A DNA stretch of 63,892 nt, filler included, from Octopus bimaculoides (taxonomy: Eukaryota): NCBI RefSeq assembly GCF_001194135.2. It is 7 parts of 5 records of this genome, joined end to end, with 100 filler letters (N's around TTAATTAATTAA, not from the genome) between each part and the next. Parts side by side here need not be neighbours in the genome. Positions count along the whole stretch, not along the records: positions 11,642 to 21,270 come from NC_068998.1; positions 21,371 to 23,320 come from NC_068982.1; positions 23,421 to 48,545 come from NC_068986.1; 4 more parts are not named here. One strand, 5' to 3'. The notes below the pieces were generated by a model. The model searched no databases and was not told where the DNA came from. It saw only the letters and a list, made by a program, of their open reading frames with translations. Position numbers and translations under genes: made by a program. Below, one piece after another: positions 12,491 to 23,586 of this stretch (positions within the stretch are counted from its first letter, which is position 1; each line of letters opens with the position of its first letter).

Positions 12491-13294
12491 CCACTACTGC
12501 AAAATTCTGTATAACTCTCTAAGATTCTCTATAATACGCAGTTCTGACTTTAGAGTTCTGACTCCAAAACTGTTTCTATGTCTTCAGATTTGGAAACTTA
12601 CAAGAACATTTCCTCGTTTGCGTGGTTGTTTTCGCGTTAATTTTCATTGTATTGTTGTTAAAATTGTTGTTGTAATTATCCAATCAGTGTTTCTTGTTTG
12701 ATTCTTTATTTCTTTTATTTTCACTGTTTGATTTTTTTTNNNNNNNNNNNNNNNNNNNNNNNNNNNNNNNNNNNNNNNNNNNNNNNNNNNNNNNNNNNNN
12801 NNNNNNNNNNNNNNNNNNNNNNNNNNNNNNNNNNNNNNNNNNNNNNNNNNNNNNNNNNNNNNNNNNNNNNNNNNNNNNNNNNNNNNNNNNNNNNNNNNNN
12901 NNNNNNNNNNNNNNNNNNNNNNNNNNNNNNNNNNNNNNNNNNNNNNNNNNNNNNNNNNNNNNNNNNNNNNNNNNNNNNNNNNNNNNNNNNNNNNNNNNNN
13001 NNNNNNNNNNNNNNNNNNNNNNNNNNNNNNNNNNNNNNNNNNNNNNNNNNNNNNNNNNNNNNNNNNNNNNNNNNNNNNNNNNNNNNNNNNNNNNNNNNNN
13101 NNNNNNNNNNNNNNNNNNNNNNNNNNNNNNNNNNNNNNNNNNNNNNNNNNNNNNNNNNNNNNNNNNNNNNNNNNNNNNNNNNNNNNNNNNNNNNNNNNNN
13201 NNNNNNNNNNNNNNNNNNNNNNNNNNNNNNNNNNNNNNNNNNNNNNNNNNNNNNNNNNNNGGAAGAGCAAGTGACAGATGATACCTAACTAATG

Positions 13295-13376
<82 letters not shown>

Positions 13377-13804
13377 CAACAATAAACAAGCCTGGTGGAC
13401 GTGTACGATTATTGGCAAACAGGATTTAAGAAACAGCAAAAATATGAAAAAAAAAATTGGTCCCTAATGTAAAGTAAATAAGGAGACTGAAATATTTCTC
13501 GCATATATTTCCTAGAAAGCGAAATAATTCCTTTTAAAGTTCTTCTGTAGCCCTCCCTCGCTCTTTAAACGTACCGCTATCTCATGTACGATAAACTTTT
13601 TACGTTTTTTTTTTTTACCTCCTTGCATGAATTTTTACATTCACCGGGTCTCATTTTGTGGATGTCCCTAATTTTGATCGTTCCTAGTTTTTCATTAGCT
13701 CTTCACCTCTAAATTTAATTTAATCATACTATATGAACCAAACTTGTAACTGTAAATAATACACAATTATTTCTATCTAGCTTACTTTTGGTATGTCGCT
13801 TTGA

Positions 13805-14115
13805 AAAGTCGACCTCGGCCGAATTTGACCTCAGAACGTAAAGACAGACGAAATACCGCTAAGTATTTCGCCCGGCGTGCTAACGTTTCTTATTTCTTTA
13901 TTGCCCACTCGGGGCTAAACATAGAGGGGACAAACAAGGACAGACAAAGGGATTAAGTCGATTACATCGACCCCAGTACGTAACTAGTACTAATTTATCA
14001 ACCCCGAAAGGATGAAAGGCAAAGTCGACCTCAGCGGAATTTGAACTCAGAACGTAGCGGCAGACGAAATACCGCTAATCATTTCGTCCGGCGTGCTAAC
14101 GTTTCTGCCAGCTCA
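13805..14115 (-). mobile_element. SINE family B tandem dimer
   Basis: Full unit at about 13885-14115 plus a second head at 13805-13888; same junction as 8285-8645. Confidence 0.88.
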
Positions 14116-14139
14116 ACGCTTTTGGATTTTTTTTTAATA

Positions 14140-14405
14140 TCGAAAGGTTTTGAGGGTTCACCCGAGTAGGATAGGAAGTGAAGGGGTCAATAGGTGAAAA
14201 GATGGTCGAGAACCACAGGTCAACATGGATCAGATTTCCTCTAAATCCAGGTTTAACATCAACCCTAACTATGATGCACCGCGTGGGATGAAGGGTGTTC
14301 CTAGTTAGATGTCCCTCGAACCGTACGAGGCTTTGACTGATCGACCATGCTGAAGAATTCAAGCGCAAACCTCTTCGTTAAAACCTTCGTCAAAAGTCTT
14401 TATTT
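14140..14405 (-). mobile_element. Degraded L1/Tx1-like reverse transcriptase fragment
   Basis: Minus-strand frames give LLTKVLTKRF... then, after a frameshift, ...NTLHPTRCIIVRVDVKPGFRGNLIHVDL, resembling the L1/Tx1 RT stretch KVLxxRL...NLHxxRxII...GALIxLD. Recognition by eye only. Confidence 0.45.
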
Positions 14406-14769
14406 CAGCAGAGTTATGGATTCGAAATTAGCGATATAGTATCTACCCCGATAGTGCTTTGCCAAGGGGGTACTAATAACTCACTGGCTCACATCGTCGA
14501 CGCCGTCATTGCCATCATCATTATTGTCGACATTGTCATCATCGCCGTCATCATAATGTGTGAAACAGGCAAACAGGATGTAGCATCCCTCGCTTGCAAC
14601 TCTTAGTGACCCCAACCGAACGGGGATGTTGTAGGATGTGTATAATATGAATTGAATGACTTCGCTGTCTCTCCCGGCCGAAGCCAAAAACAGGACATGA
14701 GTAAATAATATCATGTGTCACACACACACACCCACACGCACACATCCATTGTTCATACAAGAGTTGGAC

Positions 14770-14927
14770 TTGCTTGACTGTGTGGTAAGAAGTTTGCTTC
14801 CAAACCACATTGGTTTCTGGTTCAGTCCCACCGTATGATACCTCTTGCAAGTGTCTTCTATAGCCTCGAGCCGACCATAGCCTTGTGAGTGGATATGGTA
14901 GACAGAAATTGAAAGAAACCCGTCGTA

Positions 14928-14935
<8 letters not shown>
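14770..14935 (+). mobile_element. SINE family A 5' half, running into (TA)n and a gap
   Basis: ctgtgtggtaagaagtttgcttccaaaccac...ggttcagtcccac...gtgagtggatatggtagacagaaattgaaagaaacccgtcg. Confidence 0.85.
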
Positions 14936-14976
<41 letters not shown>

Positions 14977-15639
14977 NNNNNNNNNNNNNNNNNNNNNNNN
15001 NNNNNNNNNNNNNNNNNNNNNNNNNNNNNNNNNNNNNNNNNNNNNNNNNNNNNNNNNNNNNNNNNNNNNNNNNNNNNNNNNNNNNNNNNNNNNNNNNNNN
15101 NNNNNNNNNNNNNNNNNNNNNNNNNNNNNNNNNNNNNNNNNNNNNNNNNNNNNNNNNNNNNNNNNNNNNNNNNNNNNNNNNNNNNNNNNNNNNNNNNNNN
15201 NNNNNNNNNNNNNNNNNNNATATTTACATGAATAAAATGCACCATTTCTGTCTGACATAATTCCTTATACAAACAACGTGACTTCTTGGCCGTTTCAATA
15301 ATAATATATATTTTGACTTTGTCATATTTCCTTCTGCGATGTTTTTTGTTCCCAGGCTCATTAGCAAGTTTTGGCGTTATGTAACAGTAATATTTTTACA
15401 AAAATATGATGCTATAAATGTAGGTTCAATTCCTTCCATTGCACGACATCGCGGGGAAGTGGACACTTTCTTTTCACCAGTTAAACACGAGAGTATATCG
15501 TTGCTATTATGTATCGTAAGTCCAAAACGTTGCTTTTTTCAGAAAACGAAAAAATAGTTTCACCATTCTATAGCAAAACCGTTGTACTACACGTTTAACA
15601 ATTTTTGACATCTTGGTATCGATCCTAGCGCTCAATTGC

Positions 15640-15975
15640 TACTTATTTTTTCGACCCCAACAAGGATGGAAAGCGAAGATGGCCTTGGTGGAATTTGAAC
15701 TCAGAACTTAAAAAGGGACGAAATGCCGCTAAACATTTTCCCCGACGTGCTAACGATTCTGCCAGCTTGCTGCTTTAAGTAATGTTATATTGGTTCTAAA
15801 TTTTAGAGCAATGCCAGGAATTTCTGGGCTAAGTCGATTACATCAGCCCTACTACTTACCTGGTACTTATTTTATCGATCCCGGAAATATGAAAGGTAAA
15901 AAGCAGCCTCGGCAGGATTTTGAACTCAGAACGTAAAGACGGACGAAATACCACTAGGCATTTTGCTCACCGCCT
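15640..15975 (-). mobile_element. Two degenerate SINE family B copies
   Basis: ggaatttgaactcagaac...gaaatgccgct at about 15690-15780 and again at 15830-15975. Confidence 0.8.
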
Positions 15976-17888
15976 TAACAAGTATCGTTATATTGAAACA
16001 AGAAACCAATTGGAATTTTTAAAAAAATATTTTTTAAATTTAAAGCTGGTTTATATATTTCTTTGCTGAGGAAGTTAAATGCGTTTTTCAAGAGAAACCT
16101 TTTTGTCTATTTAACATAGATATATTGAGAGAAAATTGTATATTTATAGCTATCAATTTATAACAATTTATGTTAATTACTTACTTAATGTATGTTAATT
16201 AATTAAGAAAAAAATCCATCATATACTTACACCAAATCAACTTAATTATCAGACGGCTTTTTGTCTGTACAATGCTTGGAATCCTCTGAGCCCATCCCTT
16301 GCTTGTTTATGAATGACCCTCCAGCTGAAATTTCAAGGTGGAAGAGTGTAAATTGAGGTCGGTTGTTTTCCTTTTGCATGGATAAAGATGGGGTTTCAAA
16401 TATAATTTTCAGCCTAAGATACACCTACGCTACGCTTTCAACTTCATACCTATTATTATTAGAGCAACAGGGTACGAACCAGCCAGTCTGGAGCAAAGTA
16501 TGGCTGAACTCGGATTGCTGGGGAGAGAACCCAAGTCCATAATATATACGCTACAAATGGTCATGATACATAGAACTATAAAGAACCCTGTAATATTTAA
16601 AGGTTGATGTGCAAAACATGATACTTTTCTTCACAAACTTCCTACCAAGCAGGTGGCCAATCTAAATTAACTCTAAATTAAAATGACAAAATTAACCTAC
16701 GTACCTACCTACATACATACACATGTACATACATGCACACGCACACACACACACACATACACAAAATTCCCTGGGTATGGTTAGTAGTAAACCAATATTC
16801 TGAGCAACAATTGACATTAAAAGGACATTAAGTGTTAAGATTCTAATGGAAACGCATATTAAGACACTAGCAAACACACCTGTTCTTTGGACGGTTTGAG
16901 TTGCTTTGGTGGTATTTTTATCACCAAATAATTGAACTACCTAGAAAGGTTTATGAGTGGCACGGCAATCTATATTTCCGATTAACCTAGGAGCGGAAAA
17001 TGAAATTGAAGGCTGGTCATTGTGGAGGTCGTTGCACAAGTTTGCAAGCGAGGCAAAGTAGAGCTACTGAAGCGTTTTGGGATCAGATGACGGATAATGA
17101 CTACAAGAAATAGTTGGTTTACATGAAAGCGAAATTTCTTGTCAGAAGAAGGAAGACGTTGAAACTTCCCCTCTGCGAGTTAATTTTATTCGACTAGATT
17201 AAACCAAGTCGATACCTGAGAATAGTAATATAAAGTTCTCGATGGTAGCATTTGATCCACGGACTTTCCACTCAAAAGATAGTAAACACGTGGTTCGTCT
17301 CTTGCGACTTCCTGACGCAGCTCGTACTGTGCGTGTCTAATTGGTGGTTTATAATATATTCATATCACCTATATTTATTCTGGTTGCGAAATTTACTGGG
17401 AAATATAGCTGTGCGTAATTCTATATTGTTAAAGGAATATTTCGTTAGATTCACTACGGCAACTAATTTAAATACGGTGCGTTATGTATATATATATATA
17501 TANNNNNNNNNNNNNNNNNNNNNNNNNNNNNNNNNNNNNNNNNNNNNNNNNNNNNNNNNNNNNNNNNNNNNNNNNNNNNNNNNNNNNNNNNNNNNNNNNN
17601 NNNNNNNNNNNNNNNNNNNNNNNNNNNNNNNNNNNNNNNNNNNNNNNNNNNNNNNNNNNNNNNNNNNNNNNNNNNNNNNNNNNNNNNNNNNNNNNNNNNN
17701 NNNNNNNNNNNNNNNNNNNNNNNNNNNNNNNNNNNNNNNNNNNNNNNNNNNNNNNNNNNNNNNNNNNNNNNNNNNNNNNNNNNNNNNNNNNNNNNNNNNN
17801 NNNNNNNNNNNNNNNNNNNNNNNNNNNNNNNNNNNNNNNNNNNNNNNNNNNNNNNNNNNNNNNNNNNNNNNAATTGAAATTTTCAATT

Positions 17889-17960
17889 GGCCGGATAACT
17901 GAAGAGATGTTGGCGTGGGCTCCCACCCTGGCATCCGAAACTCGGAGTTTTATCATGGCT
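17889..17960 (+). ncRNA. Type I hammerhead ribozyme motif (core intact, GUU triplet)
   Basis: GGCCG-GATAA-CTGAAGA-GATGTTGG-C-GTGG(GCTC)CCAC-C-CTGGCATC-C-GAAA-CT(CGG)AG-T-T-TTATC-A-TGGCT. All three helices pair; one extra C before GAAA. Confidence 0.72.
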
Positions 17961-18029
17961 ACTGAATAAGTATCACATATTTTTACACACACAGACCCAC
18001 ACACACACATATATATATATATATATGTC

Positions 18030-18245
18030 TCAGTGGTTAGGTTATTGGATTCATGATCGTAAGATTGTGGTTTCGATTCCTGGGCCGGGTGACGTGTTGT
18101 GTTCTAAAGCAAAACACTTCATTTCGCGTTGCTCCAGTCCACTCAGCTGGCAAAAGTGAGCAACCCTGCGACGGACCGACGTCCCGTCCAGATGGAGAAT
18201 ATATACGCTATTGAAACCGGCAAACCGGCCCTCATGAACCTGGAA
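18030..18245 (+). mobile_element. SINE family C-type (tRNA head)
   Basis: cagtggttaggttattggattcatgatcgtaagattgtggtttcgattcctgggccggg (A/B-box-like) ...gaaaccggcaaaccggccctcatga. Confidence 0.85.
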
Positions 18246-18797
18246 TGGCCGGAGAAGGAAGCATTTATAATTTTTATATGTAAGTACAAACTTCTGTCCA
18301 TAAATTATCTATACATAATGCGTTGGTTGAAATATGCATATATATCCGGCAGTGCAATATATATCAGAAAATAAGTTGGGATGGCCACTGCTAAAAAGCT
18401 TTTAATGATAAGCCTTCTTAATCTGAGTTGTTCTGGGTGGGGATAACAATGACAAGAACGAAAATGGAAAAGAATATATACAAATACGAATAATAGATGA
18501 ATCGCTTAAAATGGTTTTGGGCGGTGTCTTTAATACGTCATCGCTGCGAAGAATTCTCAGAATCTTTAATAAAGAAGAATGGTAGCTGACGACGGTCGGG
18601 TGCGATGGGTATGAGGGAAGAGGTTGTAAACGATAAATGAGATTAAAATCGAAAAGAACATTACGAGAAGAGCAGGATATTTGGAGGAAAGGAAGAAAGC
18701 AAAGGTTAATAGAAAGTAGATATAGGGGGTGGTGGTGGTGGTGTCGGAGAAATGGGAGAAGGAGGATCGGTGTTTTTTACTCAGATAAAAGGAACAT

Positions 18798-18814
18798 AAA
18801 TAATAATAATAATG

Positions 18815-18906
<92 letters not shown>

Positions 18907-18909
18907 AAT
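18798..18909. repeat. (AAT)n-(GAT)n microsatellite
   Basis: Seen directly. Confidence 0.97.
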
Positions 18910-18920
18910 NNNNNNNNNNT

Positions 18921-19290
18921 CACAGACACGACAGAGTTGGGACTTACATACACTGGAAGCTATGCCAACACTGTGGAATAACAAAAAAAAAAAAAAAGAT
19001 GGTATAGGCACATGCCAGAAAAGGCCACAGAAAATGAGAGAGCAACAATACTTTGGGATATGCCAATACAGAGAGAGAGAGAGAAATTAAGGCCAACAGG
19101 CCAGATATAGTTGTCAGTGATCATGAAGGGAAAAAATGCTTTCTAATTTATAGGTGCACTAGAAACTATCCTTAAAAATCTGAATAGATGAATAGCAGAA
19201 ATAGGTAGAAAACTTTGTTTAGTACAGCTCCAGAAGACAGTGTTACAAGGGACAGCTAAGATACTTAGGAGGGTTTTTGGTATCTTAAAG
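18921..19290 (+). mobile_element. R4/Dong-clade non-LTR retrotransposon 3' fragment (REL endonuclease region), frameshifted
   Basis: Stitched frames read HRHDRVGTYIHWKLCQHCGI / RWYRHMPEKATENERATILWDMPIQ / IKANRPDIVV / ALETILKNL...LQKTVLQGTAKILRRVFG. RHDxV, LWD, RPDIV and LQKxVxxGTAxILR are hallmark REL-endonuclease motifs. Confidence 0.82.
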
Positions 19291-20398
19291 ATAATAAAAG
19301 AAATAGAATGTTTTAGAGACGTTAAATTCAGCACATTTCGAAAGAAGACAAATGCCAGCATGTGTAAAGTCAGTGTCATTAACATCCGGTATCAGTTAGC
19401 ACCATGCCAATATTAAGCATATATTTGTCACCAAAGACATTACAAAACCATTTCCTCCGCGGTGGTGGCGGCGGGGNNNNNNNNNNNNNNNNNNNNNNNN
19501 NNNNNNNNNNNNNNNNNNNNNNNNNNNNNNNNNNNNNNNNNNNNNNNNNNNNNNNNNNNNNNNNNNNNNNNNNNNNNNNNNNNNNNNNNNNNNNNNNNNN
19601 NNNNNNNNNNNNNNNNNNNNNNNNNNNNNNNNNNNNNNNNNNNNNNNNNNNNNNNNNNNNNNNNNNNNNNNNNNNNNNNNNNNNNNNNNNNNNNNNNNNN
19701 NNNNNNNNNNNNNNNNNNNNNNNNNNNNNNNNNNNNNNNNNNNNNNNNNNNNNNNNNNNNNNNNNNNNNNNNNNNNNNNNNNNNNNNNNNNNNNNNNNNN
19801 NNNNNNNNNNNNNNNNNNNNNNNNNNNNNNNNNNNNNNNNNNNNNNNNNNNNNNNNNNNNNNNNNNNNNNNNNNNNNNNNNNNNNNNNNNNNNNNNNNNN
19901 NNNNNNNNNNNNNNNNNNNNNNNNNNNNNNNNNNNNNNNNNNNNNNNNNNNNNNNNNNNNNNNNNNNNNNNNNNNNNNNNNNNNNNNNNNNNNNNNNNNN
20001 NNNNNNNNNNNNNNNNNNNNNNNNNNNNNNNNNNNNNNNNNNNNNNNNNNNNNNNNNNNNNNNNNNNNNNNNNNNNNNNNNNNNNNNNNNNNNNNNNNNN
20101 NNNNNNNNNNNNNNNNNNNNNNNNNNNNNNNNNNNNNNNNNNNNNNNNNNNNNNNNNNNNNNNNNNNNNNNNNNNNNNNNNNNNNNNNNNNNNNNNNNNN
20201 NNNNNNNNNNNNNNNNNNNNNNNNNNNNNNNNNNNNNNNNNNNNNNNNNNNNNNNNNNNNNNNNNNNNNNNNNNNNNNNNNNNNNNNNNNNNNNNNNNNN
20301 NNNNNNNNNNNNNNNNNNNNNNNNNNNNNNNNNNNNNNNNNNNNNNNNNNNNNNNNNNNNNNNNNNNNNNNNNNNNNNNNNACGTTTAAGATGATTCC

Positions 20399-20497
20399 CA
20401 TGCTTTCCCTGATGAGAAGGTTACAATTTTAATATCAAAGATCCCTATGGATCACACAGGTTGTAATCCTTTGAAACATATGTAGGAATAAAGTATG
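20399..20497 (+). ncRNA. Type I hammerhead ribozyme motif (core intact, GUA triplet, palindromic helix III)
   Basis: CATGCT-TTCC-CTGATGA-G-AAGG-TTACAA...TTGTAA-T-CCTT-T-GAAA-CATATG-T-A-GGAA-TAA-AGTATG. Helix I 4+6 bp around a UAA bulge, helix II about 11 bp, helix III ACAUAUGU. Confidence 0.8.
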
Positions 20498-20744
20498 CAA
20501 TTATAACATGCGTTTTCTCCAATCCTTAAATTCTTATATATATATAGATATATGTATATATATGTATATATATATATGTATATATATGTATATATATATA
20601 TGTATATATATATGTATATATATATATATGTATATATATCTATATATCTATATATATATATGTATATATATATATGTATGTATATATGTATGTATATACA
20701 TATACATGTAAATATGTATGCCCGAGACAAACTTCTACATTTAA

Positions 20745-20985
20745 CGTGGTTTAGTGGTTAAGGTTTACGGCTCACGATCGTACGGTCGTGGGTTCGATTC
20801 CCGGCTGTGCGTTGTGTGCTTGAGCAAAACATTTAATTTCTTATTGCTCCGGTGAATTCAGCAGGCAAAATTGAGTTTTACCTGTAATACAAAAGGGGCC
20901 AGCCTTGAAACATTCAGTGTCACGCTGAATCTCTCTGAGAACTGCGTTAGGGGTACTCGTGTCTGTAGAATGCTCAGCCAATTGC
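20745..20985 (+). mobile_element. SINE family C, degenerate
   Basis: gtggtttagtggttaagg...cgtgggttcgattcccggc head; body cagccttgaaacattcagtgtcacgctgaatctctctgagaactgcgttagggg. Confidence 0.82.
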
Positions 20986-21044
20986 ACATTACATACACAC
21001 ACACACATACACGCACACACATACGCATACATATGTATGTATTT

Positions 21045-21255
21045 ATTCATGTGTGTCTGTGTTTGTCCCCACCACCACCACTGTCATCGCTCTGCTCTGT
21101 TTATGTCCCCGTAACTTAACGGTTCGGCAAAAGAGACTGATAGAGTAAGTATCAGGCTTACAAAAAAATTAGTCTTTGGGGGCGATTTCTTCAACTAAAA
21201 ACCATTTAAGGCGGTGCCCCAGCATAACCGCAGTCAAACTGAAACAAGTAAAGGA
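21045..21255 (+). mobile_element. SINE family A 3' half
   Basis: gtccccgtaacttaacggttcggcaaaagagactgatag...aaggcggtgccccagcataaccgcagtcaaactgaaacaagtaaagg. Confidence 0.85.
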
Positions 21256-21370
21256 ATATATATATATATANNNNNNNNNNNNNNNNNNNNNNNNNNNNNN
21301 NNNNNNNNNNNNNNTTAATTAATTAANNNNNNNNNNNNNNNNNNNNNNNNNNNNNNNNNNNNNNNNNNNN

Positions 21371-21429
<59 letters not shown>

Positions 21430-22879
21430 TATATATATGTATACAAGCGCCAAAATGTACGAAGTTTTCTCCTTCTTTAAGATTTAGACGTAACCTATTG
21501 CTTCGCATATTTAAGTAATATTTTCTTCAAGATACACGAAGGTTATCAACATCGGAAACTAAACGTAATATCCATACTTAATGTTGAGAACTGGACACTA
21601 AATACAATAGAACACTTATAGTTATTCAGAAACTATATTAAACATGAAATATTATAGTAGGAAAGTGTATTAAATGCACTTATTTTCCCTGCAATTAAAG
21701 ACTTGGTTTCCCAGTTACGCAATTATTATGATCGAATTCAATGCGCTTTATAAAACGCATACTGTGAGTGTGTTTACAACATCCCAAACAAGCTGTATCT
21801 GTACTAATTGACCTTTGACGATTATAATGCAGTTAACACCGAAGCAGGTTTCCAGTGCTGTTTTTGTTTAATTTTCTACATAATATTACTTTTTAGCCAA
21901 TGATTAATGTATGCACTGAAATCACTCATTACGCATCAATTAAACGGCCTGATGCTTTCTGAATCAATAACCACGAAAGCAAATTGATGCAGATGCGGAA
22001 CACACATCACAATACATTGTAGACATATAATCGAATCACTAAACTGATGTGAAATATAATGGCAAAGAAGAATTCGCATTAAATAGTAATTAATGTAGTT
22101 ATTTCTTTATTGTCAGTTTTTTTTAATCTTTTGCTTTTCTCTTTTATTTGCTCTTCAAATTTCAATATTTCAATTCACTACTACAAACTACTTATCTAAA
22201 ACTATGATTAACAGAAGTAGTTTTGCAACTTAAGTGGCAACATTTAAAATTATTCACTAGAAAACTGCCGAGTCTCGTATTAAGTTAAACAGAAAAAAAA
22301 AAAATTATGTAGAAATAAAAGAAATTGTAGATTGCTTAAAATATAATGAAACGCTAAAAGCATTTTTAAAGTTCACGAAGTGTGTGTGTGTTCAAGCAAA
22401 TACAAACATGCAACTGTAGGCTTGCATTAAATAAAATTTTAATACACATTAATTATTACATATGAATGCGATTAATCGTATCAACTAGATTCTTTCTCCC
22501 TATATAAGGTCATTTTTCGTCACAGTGGCATTTATGTAAAGAACCAGCGAGTGAACTCATATAGTGAATAGTGGGACTTCAGTACATATTCCATGAATCT
22601 AATAAAACTAAATGTTTATTGATGAACGACATATTCAATAAATTCTTCCAAGTTGCATTTAAGAGAAACACTATATCTGAAAATAAAGACTATTACGTAA
22701 TTCACAAAATTTTCATAAAACTTAAATCTTATCTTCAAAATTTATCATAGATATACTTTAGAAACTGATATTTCCCCTAAGCGAAGTGACTTCCTCTCCA
22801 ATTTCTTTAAGCAGGACATTGAAAACAATAACATATTGGTTACGAATTTTTGCACAAGGCTAGCACTTTCGAGCAGTAA

Positions 22880-23045
22880 AAAAGCTTATTACATCGACTT
22901 CCGTACTCAATTTGGATTTATTTTATCGACCACGAAGGATAAGATGTAAAGTCTATTTTGGAGGAATTTGAATTCAGAACGTAATTTGAATTGAGACGGA
23001 CGAAATGCCGCTGAGCATTTTGCCTGGAGTGTTAACGATTCTGAC
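22880..23045 (-). mobile_element. Degenerate SINE family B
   Basis: ttatcgaccacgaagga...ggaatttgaattcagaacg...gacggacgaaatgccgctgagcatttt. Confidence 0.75.
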
Positions 23046-23245
23046 AGACAGTATATTAACTTTATTTATCACATTTTGTATATAAGATTAATGTATGTGG
23101 GGAGAATATTATGCTATTTCAGTGCATACTTCATATAAAATCTCTGCAACATTACTGGCATTGTAGACACATTATTATACAATGCATGCACATATGTATG
23201 TGTGTGTATTTAGACGTGTATACATATGTGTATGTGTGTACAAAT

Positions 23246-23320
<75 letters not shown>

Positions 23321-23427
23321 NNNNNNNNNNNNNNNNNNNNNNNNNNNNNNNNNNNNNNNNNNNNTTAATTAATTAANNNNNNNNNNNNNNNNNNNNNNNN
23401 NNNNNNNNNNNNNNNNNNNNGTCCCAC

Positions 23428-23457
23428 TAAGATAGATAGATAGATAGATAGATAGAC

Positions 23458-23503
<46 letters not shown>

Positions 23504-23504
23504 G

Positions 23505-23547
<43 letters not shown>

Positions 23548-23548
23548 G

Positions 23549-23585
<37 letters not shown>
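23428..23585. repeat. (GATA)n tetranucleotide microsatellite
   Basis: Seen directly. Confidence 0.97.

Positions 23586-23586
<1 letters not shown>

Noticed and set aside
12560-12600. Minus-strand CTGAAGA-CATA-GAAA-CAGTT with complementary flanks
   Set aside because: Helix II is absent, so it cannot form a hammerhead. The same problem applies to 29670-29700 and 43812-43840.
16880-17420. GC-moderate unique-looking stretch that might be a decayed TE ORF
   Set aside because: No frame gave a motif I could recognise.
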